Source: Octopus vulgaris
Taxonomy: Eukaryota
NCBI GenBank assembly: GCA_951406725.2
Contig: OX597827.1
Span: 81,344,001 to 81,408,000 of the forward strand
Length of the DNA stretch: 64,000 bases
Direction of reading: 5' to 3'
Part shown: positions 11,800 through 23,912 of the stretch, piece after piece
Layout of the letters: each line of letters opens with the position of its first letter
How positions within the stretch are numbered: the first letter of the stretch is position 1
The notes under the pieces: model-generated
Told to the model about the DNA's origin: nothing
The model's input: the letters and a program-made list of their open reading frames with translations, nothing else
The model's database searches: none
Translations under genes and position numbers: made by a program

Positions 11800-14040
11800 C
11801 CACGGGCTGCCAGTGAGATTCTTCTGCCAGAGGACAGTGACTCTACAGATAGCAATACCAAACATGATATTGGTTACACTGGTATGAGGTGGCACTCTTC
11901 CCTTCAGGATGTCTTCAACTGTCAAAGGGTAGATATAGGATCCTATCATCATCTCATGGTTGGTAAGATCCTCTTGAAGCTGAAGAAGAACAAGAAGATT
12001 AAGTATGGGAGGCCAGGTGCCATAGAAAGACTTAAAGGTCTTGGCATTTCAGAAATCAGGAACCATTTCTAAGGATTATAGAAGGCATGGAATCTTGGAT
12101 ACCAGTGGCAGTTGTTCATCAAAATCATCAGAAATGGTGCAGATATTGTCATGAAAAGAAGAGGAAATGGTAAATCAGCAGTTTCTCATAGAACTCTATA
12201 GATGCCAAAAGGAAAGTCAAGAAGAGAAGAGATCGGACCAGAACAACTGAGAAAGGAAGAGAAGTAAATGAGGGATACAAATCCTTAGACAGAGATGTGA
12301 AGAAGTTTAGAAGGAAAACGAAGGTGGTTAAAAGTTGGGCAGTAAAGGCAAAAAGAGCAGCAGAATGAAATGAGTCTAATGCACTGGCAGGGAATGCTCA
12401 GAGAAGTGTTTGGTAGGCAAAATGGGTTTAGTTTATTAATCAGGAGTAGAAACAAACTGACAAAAAAGTGCTTTGATCACTTCCATGTCACCTCACACCA
12501 CAGCAGTCAAATTGAAGAGGGAGTCACACATCAGCTGAGGAAGAGTTATTTCATAAACTCCAGGGTTATTACTGTTATCCAATGCCTGAAAAGCAACAAA
12601 ATAGTAGCAGGGATTAGGGAGATTTCCGTCAAAGTTCTGAAACATGGTAGAGATGTTATAGTGGGATAGTTCACTCCTTTGTTCAACATGATCTGGTATG
12701 AAGAAGATGTTCAAGGCTGACTGTGGCTGTCGAGTAATCATAACAAAAATGGTCGTCCTAGGGATTACAGCCACAGGTGAGGGACCGCCCTGCAGTTGAT
12801 GCTAGGTAAGGTAATCTGTCTGGTTATCCTGAATTGACTCATAGTGGAAGTGAAACTAATTTCTAGAAGAACAAGTTGACTTTCAAAGAGGAAGGTCTTA
12901 TGCTGGATGAATCTTTACACAACAAAACATGGTCAGACAATGCAATGATTCTCAAATGCCTTGGTGGAAACACTATACCTTCAAAAAGCTCTTTATAGCA
13001 TCATGTGTCATCATGGGAAATAGTAGGTCTGTATGGGAACTCTTAGAAATATATCAATATCAAGTCCATCTATTGTCACACCAGGTGTTGTGCCAGGATA
13101 AATGAAGGCAAGAGGAAGATGTTTGGCTCAAGACAAGTAATTTTCAGGGCTGCATCCCCTCGTCTTTCCTATTTCTTGTTGACATCAATTTCATTTTGAA
13201 GTTGGCAATATGTGATACATTCTTTGGAGTCTGATAGAATGGTGAAAGGTTGTGTAATACAATCAAGAGTTACATCCTGAAGGGTGTACAAGAGACGATG
13301 ACTATCTTAAGAGAAATCCTAAAGAAGATTGTCTTGTACATGAGCTGTAAGAAAACCAAGGACATATCTACTGGCCATCATCACCCATCACAACTGGTTA
13401 ACACTGACTTGCATGTGTCAATCACTTTCCATATATTTGAAGTATCAGTTCTAAAAGTGGTGTTGCAGGAGTGAAAGCAGAAACAGGGCTTAGTAAGGCT
13501 GTGAGGGTGTTCCAACAGCTTAACCTTTAGCATGCTGCATTTTCTCTAGAATTGCCTCCTCTGTTACTACAGGGGAAGAAAACTCATGTGGTGATATGAT
13601 GCACCTACAGTGTGCTAAATGTTAATCTTGTATAACACAATCAGCAATCCATGCTCTCAAGTTCCATCTCGTGTTATGTTTGCATGAAAGCCTTGGAAAG
13701 GTACAACCAGCAAAATAGGCAGCAAGCTAAATACTTTCCATTGGCAATACACCGGAAGCATTGTGGGGATTCCAAGGATCAAATATATTAGCAACAAAAA
13801 ATTGGTGAGGAGAATGGGTCTGCTTCTTGCCAACAACAGAAGAAGTGTAAGACAGAGTCTATGAGTGTTGAAATATGGATCAGTTTACAAAACCATGGGT
13901 TATAGTAGTGAAGGGGGTCAAGGAAAAGTGTGGAAGGGCACAGAAACATGATGGAAGATGTTCACAGAAGTGAGGCAAGGGGCAGATTTCTTGAAGTGAT
14001 GCAATTGCTGTCTTATGAGCCACAGAGCACAGAATGAGCT
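11800..14040 (+). mobile_element. Highly degenerate RTE-like LINE (endonuclease and RT remnants)
   Basis: DIGSYHHLMVGKI (endonuclease SDH-like motif), KVLKHG, QGCIPSSFLF-like RT remnants; many stops and frameshifts. Confidence 0.6.
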
Positions 14041-14245
14041 AAGGACACACATACATATGAAAATAAATAGAATTTCAAGATAGGGTGGTGGTATATTGTC
14101 AACTTAAGGTGACAGTCCAATGCAAGGGAATAATACTACTGCTATTTAGCCCTAGGAAGCATCGCTTCCTGTCAGCCTTGACACATTTCCTGTGTCCTTG
14201 TGTTTACAAAGGGGAGATAAGCACCTCCACCCTGCAAAGCCAGCA

Positions 14246-14288
14246 TCCAAAGACTAGTTTCTGAGTCATTGCTCATCATCAGTCTGGA
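14246..14288 (-). ncRNA. Minimal type I hammerhead ribozyme motif
   Basis: Minus strand: tccaga CTGATGA tgag caatga ctca GAAA ctaGTC tttgga. Core intact, stems I and II pair, stem III is the palindrome ACTAGT. Confidence 0.65.
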
Positions 14289-14469
14289 GTAGCTTGGCTT
14301 GCTAGCTGTCGATGTCTATCTGCCTCTGTAAGCATATAATAATTCTAGTGAAAATACATTCACTGATTTCAAAAATAGAAATAATACATTTGTAAATCTC
14401 TCTAGACATCTACAAATAATGCAATTCCCTTTATATTACATAAAATTTATAAATATAATATCATATAAT

Positions 14470-16020
14470 GTGGTGAGACAACTTCAGCAGAAATACTTGG
14501 CCAAAAATAAACCTTTGTATCTGGCTTTTGTTGACATGAAGAAAGCCTTTGACAGGGTCCCCAGATCCCTTACCTGTCGAGCAAAATCTAGGGATAGATG
14601 AGTGGTTAGTGAGAACTGTACAGGTCATGTACAGGGATGCTGTTTGTAAGATGAGTGTTGCCAATGAGTATAACAAGGAGTTTAGCATATAAGTAGGACT
14701 CCACCAGTGTTCGGTTCTTATTTGTCATGGTCATCCAACCTATAGCTGAGGAATTTAGGACTGGCAGCCCTTGGGAACTCCTCTATTTTGATGAGCTTGT
14801 TCTTATTGTTGAACCACTACCAGAACTAGAGAAGAAATTTCAGGTATGGAAGCAAGGTCTGGCATCAATGGGCCTTAGAGTTAATTTAGCAAAAGCTAAA
14901 GACTTGATAGGTAGGAAAACAGATGAATCACAGATTTCGTCAAGGAGATGTAGAAGAGGTGTTGGAAGAAACTTCAGATGGTGTACTCAGTGCAAGCTAC
15001 GGACACATGAGAGGTGCAGCGGTATCACTGGAAGACTAACACAGAAAGTGGACTTTACATGTGGCAAAAGTGCAGGTACACTAAACACCAGGAATGTACA
15101 AAAACAGACTCCCTCAAATGTCAGGGGGTATCTTTAGAAGTAGTAGACAGTTCCCATTATGTAGGTGACCAAGTTAGCAGCGGGGAAGTTGTTCTGAAAG
15201 CATAGCTGCTAGAATACGAATAGGCTTGGTAAAGTTTAGAGAGCTGTTACTTCTGTTAGTAATGAAAGGGCCTCTTCCTCAGAGTGAAAGGTAGGTTGTA
15301 TGATGCTGGTGTATGAACAGCTATGCTACATGGTAATAGGACATGGGCTGTGACTACTGAGGATATGCAAAGGCTTGAAAGAAATGAAGCCAGAATGCTC
15401 TGCTGGATGGGTAGTGTCAGTGTGCATATACGAAGGAGTGTAAGTGAAGAAAACTCAGTATATGGGGTATCAGATGTAGTGTGCAAGGGAGAAGACTGTG
15501 CTGGTTTGGTCATGTAATGTGTATGAACAGAGACAGCTGCATCAAGAGGTGCTGATCTCTAATTGTGGAGAGAACATGTGGAAGGGGTAGACCAGAGAAG
15601 ACATGGGACGAACGATCTGTAAATGTCGGGACTCACAGAGGGGATGACAGGAAACTGTGACTCCTGGTGGTTTGCTGTGCTTGAAAAGACAAGTCAAGCT
15701 AAGTAAGATGAAGGCTGTCCTCGCATACAGGCATGTCCCCTGCATCCCTGTCCAGCTGAGCATTCCTAACCTTGCAGGGTCATGGGAGCTGGTACCATGT
15801 AAAAAGCACCCATACCAGTGCCACATAAACACACCTGTGCTGGTGCTATGTAAAAGCACCTGACACACTCTGTAAATTGGTTGGTGTGGGGGGGGGGCAT
15901 CCAGCCATAGTAACCATGCCAACAACATGGAGCCTGAACAGTCCTTCAGCTGGTCAGTTTCTGTCAAACCATCCAACCCATGCCAGCATGGAAAACAGAT
16001 GTTAAATGATAATGATGATG
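14470..16020 (+). mobile_element. 5'-truncated, decayed RTE-clade LINE with 3' tail
   Basis: VRQLQQKYLAKNKPLYLAFVDMKKAFDRVPR, PWELLYFDEL, Cys-rich WCTQCKLRTHERCSG..FTCGK, LERNEARMLCWM; tail aaccatccaacccatgccagcatggaaaacagatgttaaatgataatgatgatg. Confidence 0.85.
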
Positions 16021-16428
16021 TATGCATGCATGTAAGTATAATTTTAAGGGTCACATTAACTGTTCTTCTGTCTGTATCCAGTATGGGAAATATTTCCATG
16101 CAACCCACGAAATATCTACACACCATTCCCCTGCACATCATATGCCAACACAAGGTACATGTGTCCACCTCAACATTTGAACCACTGATGACAAATGAAC
16201 CTGGTCTCTGAAATACCAGGAAACAGGAACAGAACACAATGGAAAAGTTATTTCTAAATACACGACATCTGAATTATAGATGGAATTGTCAAGGATGGAT
16301 TCTACTTGACCATGAATCTATTGGATCAGCCTGAACTATAGATATAATACACCAATAAAAACACCATGTCTATATATAAATATATATACTATATTATATA
16401 TATATGTACATGTATATATATATCTATC

Positions 16429-16492
<64 letters not shown>

Positions 16493-16493
16493 G

Positions 16494-16696
16494 TTAATCC
16501 AAACGTGAAAACACAACAATGCGAGGACGTAGAACAAGTATAGTGTTGTTAGACACTCAGGAATGGGAAGAAAGAAGGAAAATTTAACGTTTCGAGCAGA
16601 GCTCTTCGTCAGAAACATAGGAAAAGGAAAGATCAAAGGAAGGGAAGACGGAGGAAAAAAATCAGCAATGGTACAAAATGTGGTCACATTTTGAAT

Positions 16697-16698
<2 letters not shown>
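16494..16698 (-). mobile_element. Short Penelope-derived element embedded in (TA)n, carrying a hammerhead-like motif at 16582-16616
   Basis: Minus strand gttt CTGACGA a gagc tct gctc GAAA cgTT aaat; the element is bounded on both sides by TA microsatellite. Confidence 0.55.
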
Positions 16699-16736
<38 letters not shown>

Positions 16737-16793
16737 ACTCACACAAACATCTATATATACATAAATATGCATATAAACATATATATATATTTA

Positions 16794-16830
<37 letters not shown>

Positions 16831-16907
16831 GTTTGTGTGTGTGTGTATGTATATATATATATGTGTGTGTGTATACATATATATATAAATATATATATAC
16901 ATACATG

Positions 16908-16939
<32 letters not shown>

Positions 16940-16967
16940 CTCACCCACATATATACATATATATAAG

Positions 16968-17280
16968 GTCTAGCTCCCCACTTTAGGATTAAAAGCTATA
17001 TCAACCACTGAACTGGACAGAACAGCATAATACCAAAGATACCCTCTTCTTTATCTCAGTTAAGGACCCAGTATTGCAACAGCTTGGGATTCAGGGGACC
17101 ACAACTGCTTAACATCCTGCCACGGTATCTACGAGGTTTACAAGATGTAGATGGGGAAATGTTCAAAAAGCACACGGACCGATTTTTATCTGAAATCCCA
17201 GATGAGACCACGTTGCGGCAAGAGGCACAAAAAAGAGCAGTTTAATCCAACTCGCTTCTTCACCTAAAACAGTATCGAAA
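16968..17280 (+). mobile_element. CR1-like LINE 3' ORF fragment
   Basis: Translates [43 protein letters not shown], typical of a CR1-clade ORF2 C-terminus. Confidence 0.6.
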
Positions 17281-17364
17281 GAAGATCCCAAAACAATGAA
17301 AGTTGGTGCTCCAGCATGGTCTCAGCCCCTAGCTGAAATGAGTAAAAGTATATATATGTGTGTG

Positions 17365-17400
<36 letters not shown>

Positions 17401-17417
17401 TATATATACACACACAT

Positions 17418-17500
<83 letters not shown>

Positions 17501-17504
<4 letters not shown>

Positions 17505-17726
17505 TGGGGAGCTGAAATGTTCCCTGGCATTAAGGGCATTGTGAAAGGTGTGGTTGGAAGCCCTAATGACAGAGTTTGTTTACAGGGCTTCGAGAAACTG
17601 AAGGAGCATTGCAGTAAATGTGTGAATCTGAGAAGGGAATATGTTGAATAAAATCATAATTAACTGATAACTGACCCTTCTGTATGTTTTTTACGCAAAG
17701 CCAGGAATATTTCAGCACCCACCTCA
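17501..17726 (+). mobile_element. Non-autonomous mariner-derived element (MITE)
   Basis: Imperfect TIRs tgagtggggagctgaaatgttccctggc / gccaggaatatttcagcacccacctca with TA flanks; retains a transposase C-terminus ([21 protein letters not shown]). Confidence 0.75.
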
Positions 17727-17901
17727 TACATACATACATACATATATATATATGCATATTACACACAATCTACTCAGAAGAAATTCAAACTAACCTCATA
17801 ACAAAGTAATGACTACACACAACACAGCCTAAAACTAACTCTCGTGGCACCTGACTACCGTCTATTTCAGTAGAGTATAGTAGCACTGTGAATGTGTGTG
17901 T

Positions 17902-18058
17902 GCAGCAGACTACAGCAGCAGAAACAACAGCAGCAGTAGTTACAGCCTGAGATCCACATCTCTACTACCACACACACACACACACACACACACAGAGTGA
18001 CACACCACTAGACACTCCCTCACACACTGCCACACTGATTATGGATGAGACAATGGAG
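17902..18058 (+). other. Unit 1 leader exon (5' end approximate)
   Basis: Conserved CAG-rich/(CA)n block ending ATGGATGAGACAATGGAG|GTAAGT (consensus donor at 18059). Confidence 0.7.
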
Positions 18059-18233
18059 GTAAGTCTACATCTATCTTCTTTCATTTCCCATCTTTCCTCT
18101 TTAATATCAGGTGAAAATATATAAGAGACAAGAGAAAACCAAAGGGACATTCAGAGAAACACCCTTATATCATTCACAAATATCAGCAAATGTTTTACTC
18201 ACAACATACAACTTCACTGGGCAAAATACTAAC

Positions 18234-18277
<44 letters not shown>

Positions 18278-18941
18278 GATTATTTAATAATCCAGTGTCA
18301 TCTCACAAATATTCTGGTTCTATATTGATAGAGTTTATAATAATTGTTATTGTTTTAGTCTCCTATGTTGTTGGTTAGGTGAAATTAGATGCAAAGTTTG
18401 TCTCACTAAATCTCATCTCTCACAGGAAATCTCCATTTTGTCTTCACAACATTCTGTCTCTTCTCTTTAGCCAGATTATTTCATTTGTAGATTTCCTGCA
18501 GACACTCTAACAATATATCATTATATTCCCAGAAATATTTCTTACTTAATATTTCTCTATTCATTTTATCATATCACAAAGTATAAATGATGTTCTAAAA
18601 GCATTTATAGAAACGATTTAACGAAGGAGGTCTTCATAATGAATCTATGATCACAGAGTAGCAGATATCGTTCTGATGTCAGACATGGTTGTTTGAGGGA
18701 TTGTGTGAGCAATTTGTAGTGGAAAATATATTTTAGTGTCAAAGTGAAGACAACAAGACATAGAAATACAAGTGGATCTTTTTTTTCTGTGGTGTGTGTG
18801 GATTAGTAATGTTCAAAATAATAATAATATTAATAATGATAGCCATTCGTTAGACACATTGTTGTATATTGTGAATAGCAGCAGACATTTTGCTGTGATA
18901 CAGAGTCATTTGGTGATTAAATTTCTTGTGGAAATATATAT

Positions 18942-18990
<49 letters not shown>

Positions 18991-19417
18991 GTGTTTGGTT
19001 CTGTCAGTATTTATTGTTTAAGATATCGTTCAGTGTATATATTAACATTTCAGCATGAGCAATATGTTGTATATTGTTAATTTAGTTTATAATCACTGGT
19101 GTATATATTTTTAAACATGGCTATATAATGATGAGAAATCTTGCTTGTTGAAGCCTTTTCTTTCTGTTGTTCTTCAATTTCTTATATACACTCGTCATTA
19201 TCTTTCACTAATTATATATTTGTTAGTGAATCACAAACTGTATGTTTGGAGTTATTCTCTTTTGAAATTTGTAAATTTGTTGAAGAGTCTGCTGTACAGA
19301 ATGTATATTTACTGTGTATAGTGTTTAGAAGTGAGTGTATACATTAATTCTCCAAAACTATATCTGTGAGACTACTAACTATATAAATACACACACATAC
19401 ATATATAAATATACATA

Positions 19418-19509
<92 letters not shown>

Positions 19510-19758
19510 TACATACACACAGAACATTCTCAATGAATGTGATTCATCTCTCATAGAAGTATAATGGTTCATAAGAATTGTTATAAATCTGTATCTGCCA
19601 AAACTACACTTGTCTGTCTGTCTGTCTTTCACTCTCTCTCTCTCTCTCTCTTTCTCTCCTTCCCTTCTCTCGCTCTTTCTCACATGCACACACACACACA
19701 CATTCTTATTTCTATAACATGGAATACAGTATTGTTGTTATATTTCAATATATTTTAG

Positions 19759-19888
19759 GACCATTTCCAACGGAAGGGACCAAAACACTGAAGCCCAACT
19801 CTGTTCTCACCAAAATGGGATGACTTTAAGTTATTAACTTGAAGAAATCCTGTCTTTTAATTTGGATATTGAAGCATTCCTACTTTTG
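19759..19888 (+). other. Unit 1 second 5'UTR exon (130 nt)
   Basis: Acceptor tattttag|GACC, donor TTTG|gtaagg; both sites are kept in all five units. Confidence 0.65.
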
Positions 19889-20156
19889 GTAAGGTTTTCT
19901 GATTTCTTTAAAGGATTTGTTATCCAGAACATTATTGTTCAATACAGTTTTAAATGTATTTATTTTCTGAAATGAGATCTTAATTTTCCTTTGAAATCTA
20001 GATTAATTAATTATAACTGTTGTTAATATATTATAAATAAATTTATGACATTCTTTTCATCTGTAAGAGAGTAAAAGGGGCCTATTTAAGAGTTGACTTA
20101 TATATGAGTACCTTTACAAAGAAAAGATAGATGCACGGAATAACAGAAAGAGAGAA

Positions 20157-20226
<70 letters not shown>

Positions 20227-20436
20227 GTAACCATCATCATCGAATTTTGATGCTGAATGAAGAATGAAAGGATAGCTTGCAATGTCCCTACGGTTAAATA
20301 TCCGCAGTTCTGTTACTTCATGGAAAAGCTAATGAACAGAAAAAGATGACGATATCAACATTTTAAAGAAAATATCCAATGGAGACAAGAAATTTCTGAC
20401 TATAATATTCCAAGTCTCCAACTCTGAAGCTAAAAT

Positions 20437-20485
20437 AAGGGAGATAATAAAACATTCTACGCACCATAAATGCAGTTACCTCCCG
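20437..20485. promoter_or_regulatory. Conserved dyad AAGGGAGA(T/C)AAT-N24-26-AGTTACCTCCCG in intron 2 (copies at 28294-28343, 37658-37706, 46235-46283, 56629-56676)
   Basis: Half-sites and spacing are retained in units 4 and 5, where the spacer and flanks have diverged. Confidence 0.5.
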
Positions 20486-20834
20486 TTACTATTTTGTCTA
20501 ACTTTACTTTAAGGAAGTATTCAAGACTACTTCGAAAAGGTCAGAAATTCTTGTCAAATACCCTATTTCAACTTTCTTTTAACAAACCAAGAATACATAT
20601 CCCTTCTCTTGATAGAAGAGTACTTAAAATAAAGAAACTTTGAACAAAACTTAATGTCCCATAAATATTAACACCTTTCTTTCATATCTCCCATAAAAGT
20701 TTTGAAATTTTAAACAATTTCAACAAAAGATTCTTTCTAAAACCTCAAACTTTCAGTGAAATATTTCAATAAAAATATTCTATTTTCTTCTTTAATTTCA
20801 GATAAACTCACAAGATATGATTTAACATTCTGTG

Positions 20835-23258
20835 ATGGAAGTAGGCTGTGTGTGGAATACATACTTACTTGCAAATGTCCTCAATCTATTACTACACAGT
20901 TGTGTCTGTGTAGATCTGAGCTATCATGTAGAAGAAGAAAGCAGTCCCTTTACTTTTGTTGGGGATATTGCTGCTGACACACAGATGGAAGAAATGGACT
21001 CTCTTGTGGGAAATAACTTCATCACATACAACCAAATGCAACAGCAATGGACAGAGAATTCACATTTATTCAACGTCACACAAGATGGTAAATTGTACAC
21101 GGCTCAAACATTGGATGCTGAGAAACTGTGTACATATGAATCAGAGTGTGTTAGATACATCAAAGTTGCTGTACATAGAAGGAAGACATTTTTGAAAGTT
21201 ATTAAAATTAAAGTAATTATAGAAGACATTAACGATCACAGCCCTGAGTTTCCTGAGACACAACTGAACATTACATATGATGAAGATGATGGAGAAGGAG
21301 CCGAAAGATTAATTCCCGAAGCCTTCGACAAAGATGTTGGAATGGAAAACTCAGAAGTTACATACAAATTGAAGAAACAATTTAGTGATCCATTTATATT
21401 GTCTGTGAGGAAAACTATCACTGGAGGGGCAAAGATAGGAATTGTTCTTGGAGACAAACTAGACAGAGAGATACAAGATAGTTACAATCTAGAAGTGATA
21501 GCTAATGATGGAGGACAACCTTCAAAACAAGGAATTCTACATGTTCATATAAAAATAATTGATGTGAATGATAACTCACCAGTTTTTTCAAAACATATTT
21601 ACAATATTTCCATCAAAAATACACATCCTAACAACAACCCTATTTTGACATTGTCTGCAAAAGACCCAGATTCTGGCAATAATGGTAAAGTGTCTTATTT
21701 TATGAGTTCAAAAACACCAGAACGTACAAGAAGACATTTCAGACTGAACCAACAAACTGGGGAATTATTTGTAGAAAAACCATTAACATCACAAACAAAG
21801 AATATTCTCAAGATGTATGTGGAGGCAAAAGATGGAGGGAATCCTTCTTTAAATTCCTTTGCCATTGTACGGGTGAATATTCTCAATGAAAAGAACCATC
21901 CCCCCAAAATAGGGATCAATTTTGTGTCTGAATTGAAGAAGGACACAGCAGCTATTTACGAAGGAACTAAAGTGGGCAGTTATCTAGCTTATGTGAATGT
22001 GGTGGACAATGATTTTGGAGCAAATGGAGAAGTGAGTTGTAAATTAGAACATGATAAAGTTGTCCTCTCACATTTAGGATCAAAGGAATACAAGATTACT
22101 CTGCAGAAACCACTTGACAGAGAAAAATTAGACCATTTTAACATGAGAATTGTGTGTGAAGACAATGGAAGCCCTGCTTTGAAGACGGAGAGAAAGATCT
22201 CAATCCAAGTAATGGATGTGAATGATGTGCAACCGCAATTTACCAAAGATACATTCCACTTCCTCACCTATGAGAATGGTAAAGCAAACTTTCCTATAGG
22301 TTTTATCAATGCCACTGACCCAGACCTGGCAAGTGCTGGTCAACTGACGTTCTCACTGTTGAGTAAAGACAGAAATAACATACCGTTCCAGGTGAGTGAT
22401 TATGGTTTTATTACCAGCAACATACCATTGGACAGAGAAGAAGAAGACATGTATAAGTTTGAGGTTTTTGTCAAAGACAATGGTAAACCGTCGTTGAATA
22501 ACACAGCGAATGTTGTTGTTGAGGTTTTAGACAGAAACGACAATAATCCGTATTTCATCTACCCTACAACTGACCCTTTCCATATCAATGTCCACTACCG
22601 CCCGCAAAGTACCAATGCCATCACTGTGATTAGAGCGTCTGACAGAGACAGTCATTTAAATGCGTTCCTCAAATATGGAATACTTGACGGTAACAATAAA
22701 CGCTTGTTTACACTCAACTCTTTAACTGGTCAAATGTCTTTCTCACGTGCACCTCATCTCAACGATGCTGGCTCATACGAACTGGTGCTTGTGGTCAAGG
22801 ATTCCGGTAGCCCAGTGTTGTCAGCCACAACTACTGTGTCTTTGTCATTAAGGGTCACTAACAAGACATCGGCACCGATGCCGACTGTCCACTTAGAGAA
22901 GAACAGAACACTGGACGTACCATTATTGATTATCCTTGTAGTAGCAGCTGTAATAGTAGCTGTGGTGATTGTAGTGTCGATCACACTGTGTATTGTGAAA
23001 TGTAGCAGTGGTCAGTCTCGCTCTGCCAAAAGCACTAGGAAAGGTGTTAATAGGTCAGCTATATGTAACAGAATTGATCAACCTTTACCGTGTCAGAGCA
23101 GCAGTATTCCTGGTACCCCAGTGAGGTACTCTTCTGAGATGAATAATAGAAACATGCCATTTGTGGAATGTAAGGAAGATTTCTACCCGCAGTATGAGTC
23201 TCAGATTGATTGGTCAAACGTGGGTTCCTTGGAGAAGAGTCCACCCAATACAATATTG
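20835..23258 (+). CDS. Pcdh: Protocadherin unit 1, main coding exon (signal peptide, EC1-EC6, TM, cytoplasmic part; 808 codons)
   Basis: Linkers DINDHSP, DVNDNSP, NEKNHPP, DVNDVQP, DRNDNNP; LDRE and A.D.G.P motifs; EC1 C-x5-C; TM LLIILVVAAVIVAVVIVVSITLCIV. Acceptor ttcag|A at 20802, phase-0 donor TTG|gtaagt at 23259. Confidence 0.95.
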
Positions 23259-23888
23259 GTAAGTATAATTTTACAAAAAACACCTCATTAACACCACCAC
23301 CACAGCCACTACATCCATTGCATGTCACCTTGGAGAACTATCTATTACTATAGACTTGAGTCGACCAAAGACTTGTGAGTAGATTTGGTTGAAAGAAACT
23401 GAGAGAAGCCCCCTTTTATATGTATGTATATATTAATATGTGTGCATCTTTGTGTCTTGATCTGGTGAAACAAATCGCATGAGCCCAGTAGTTAGCAGGA
23501 TTTATCTGGATTTACCTTCTCTTAGACGACCTGCTAAAGAGCTGAAGGGTTTCATCTGCCCTGGGCTTGTTATGATGTCTGTAAATTATCTCGATGCCAT
23601 TCCATGAAATGCTAATTAACCCATGACCATGATTTAGGTGGGTGCTACTACCTGGGGTCAAAGTAGATCTGGTATCAATAGAGGCTAAGAAATAGTCCCA
23701 CACTTCTCAAAACTGGAACTTCTGAAGAAGGCCCCCTCTAACCGATGCACTTTCAAGACAAGACAAAGGCCTCTAATACATTGGGTCACCATGAAAGCTG
23801 TCAGATATATTGTCTGGCATACATTTGAGGTGACATACTTTAATCAATGTTCTGTTAAACTCTTTCTCTCTTTCTTTCTCCATTCCAG

Positions 23889-23912
23889 TTACCAACAAGA
23901 ATTAAAAAATAA
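23889..23912 (+). CDS. Pcdh: Unit 1 terminal coding exon (LPTRIKK*)
   Basis: Long polypyrimidine acceptor ctctttctctctttctttctccattccag|TTA CCA ACA AGA ATT AAA AAA TAA; phase matches the donor. Confidence 0.65.
   Translation, partial: LPTRIKK

Noticed and set aside
17965-18150. Minus-strand ORF MSLWFSLVSYIF... repeated in every unit
   Set aside because: It overlaps the leader exon and microsatellites; its recurrence is explained by duplication and its length varies with repeat slippage.
20751-20801. Alternative acceptor tttcag|TGAA 45 nt upstream of the main acceptor
   Set aside because: Present in all units but would change only the UTR; no way to support its use without RNA data.
21236-23328. 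Antisense and alternate-frame ORFs repeated in each Pcdh exon
   Set aside because: Shadows of the duplicated sense CDS, with no independent coding signal.
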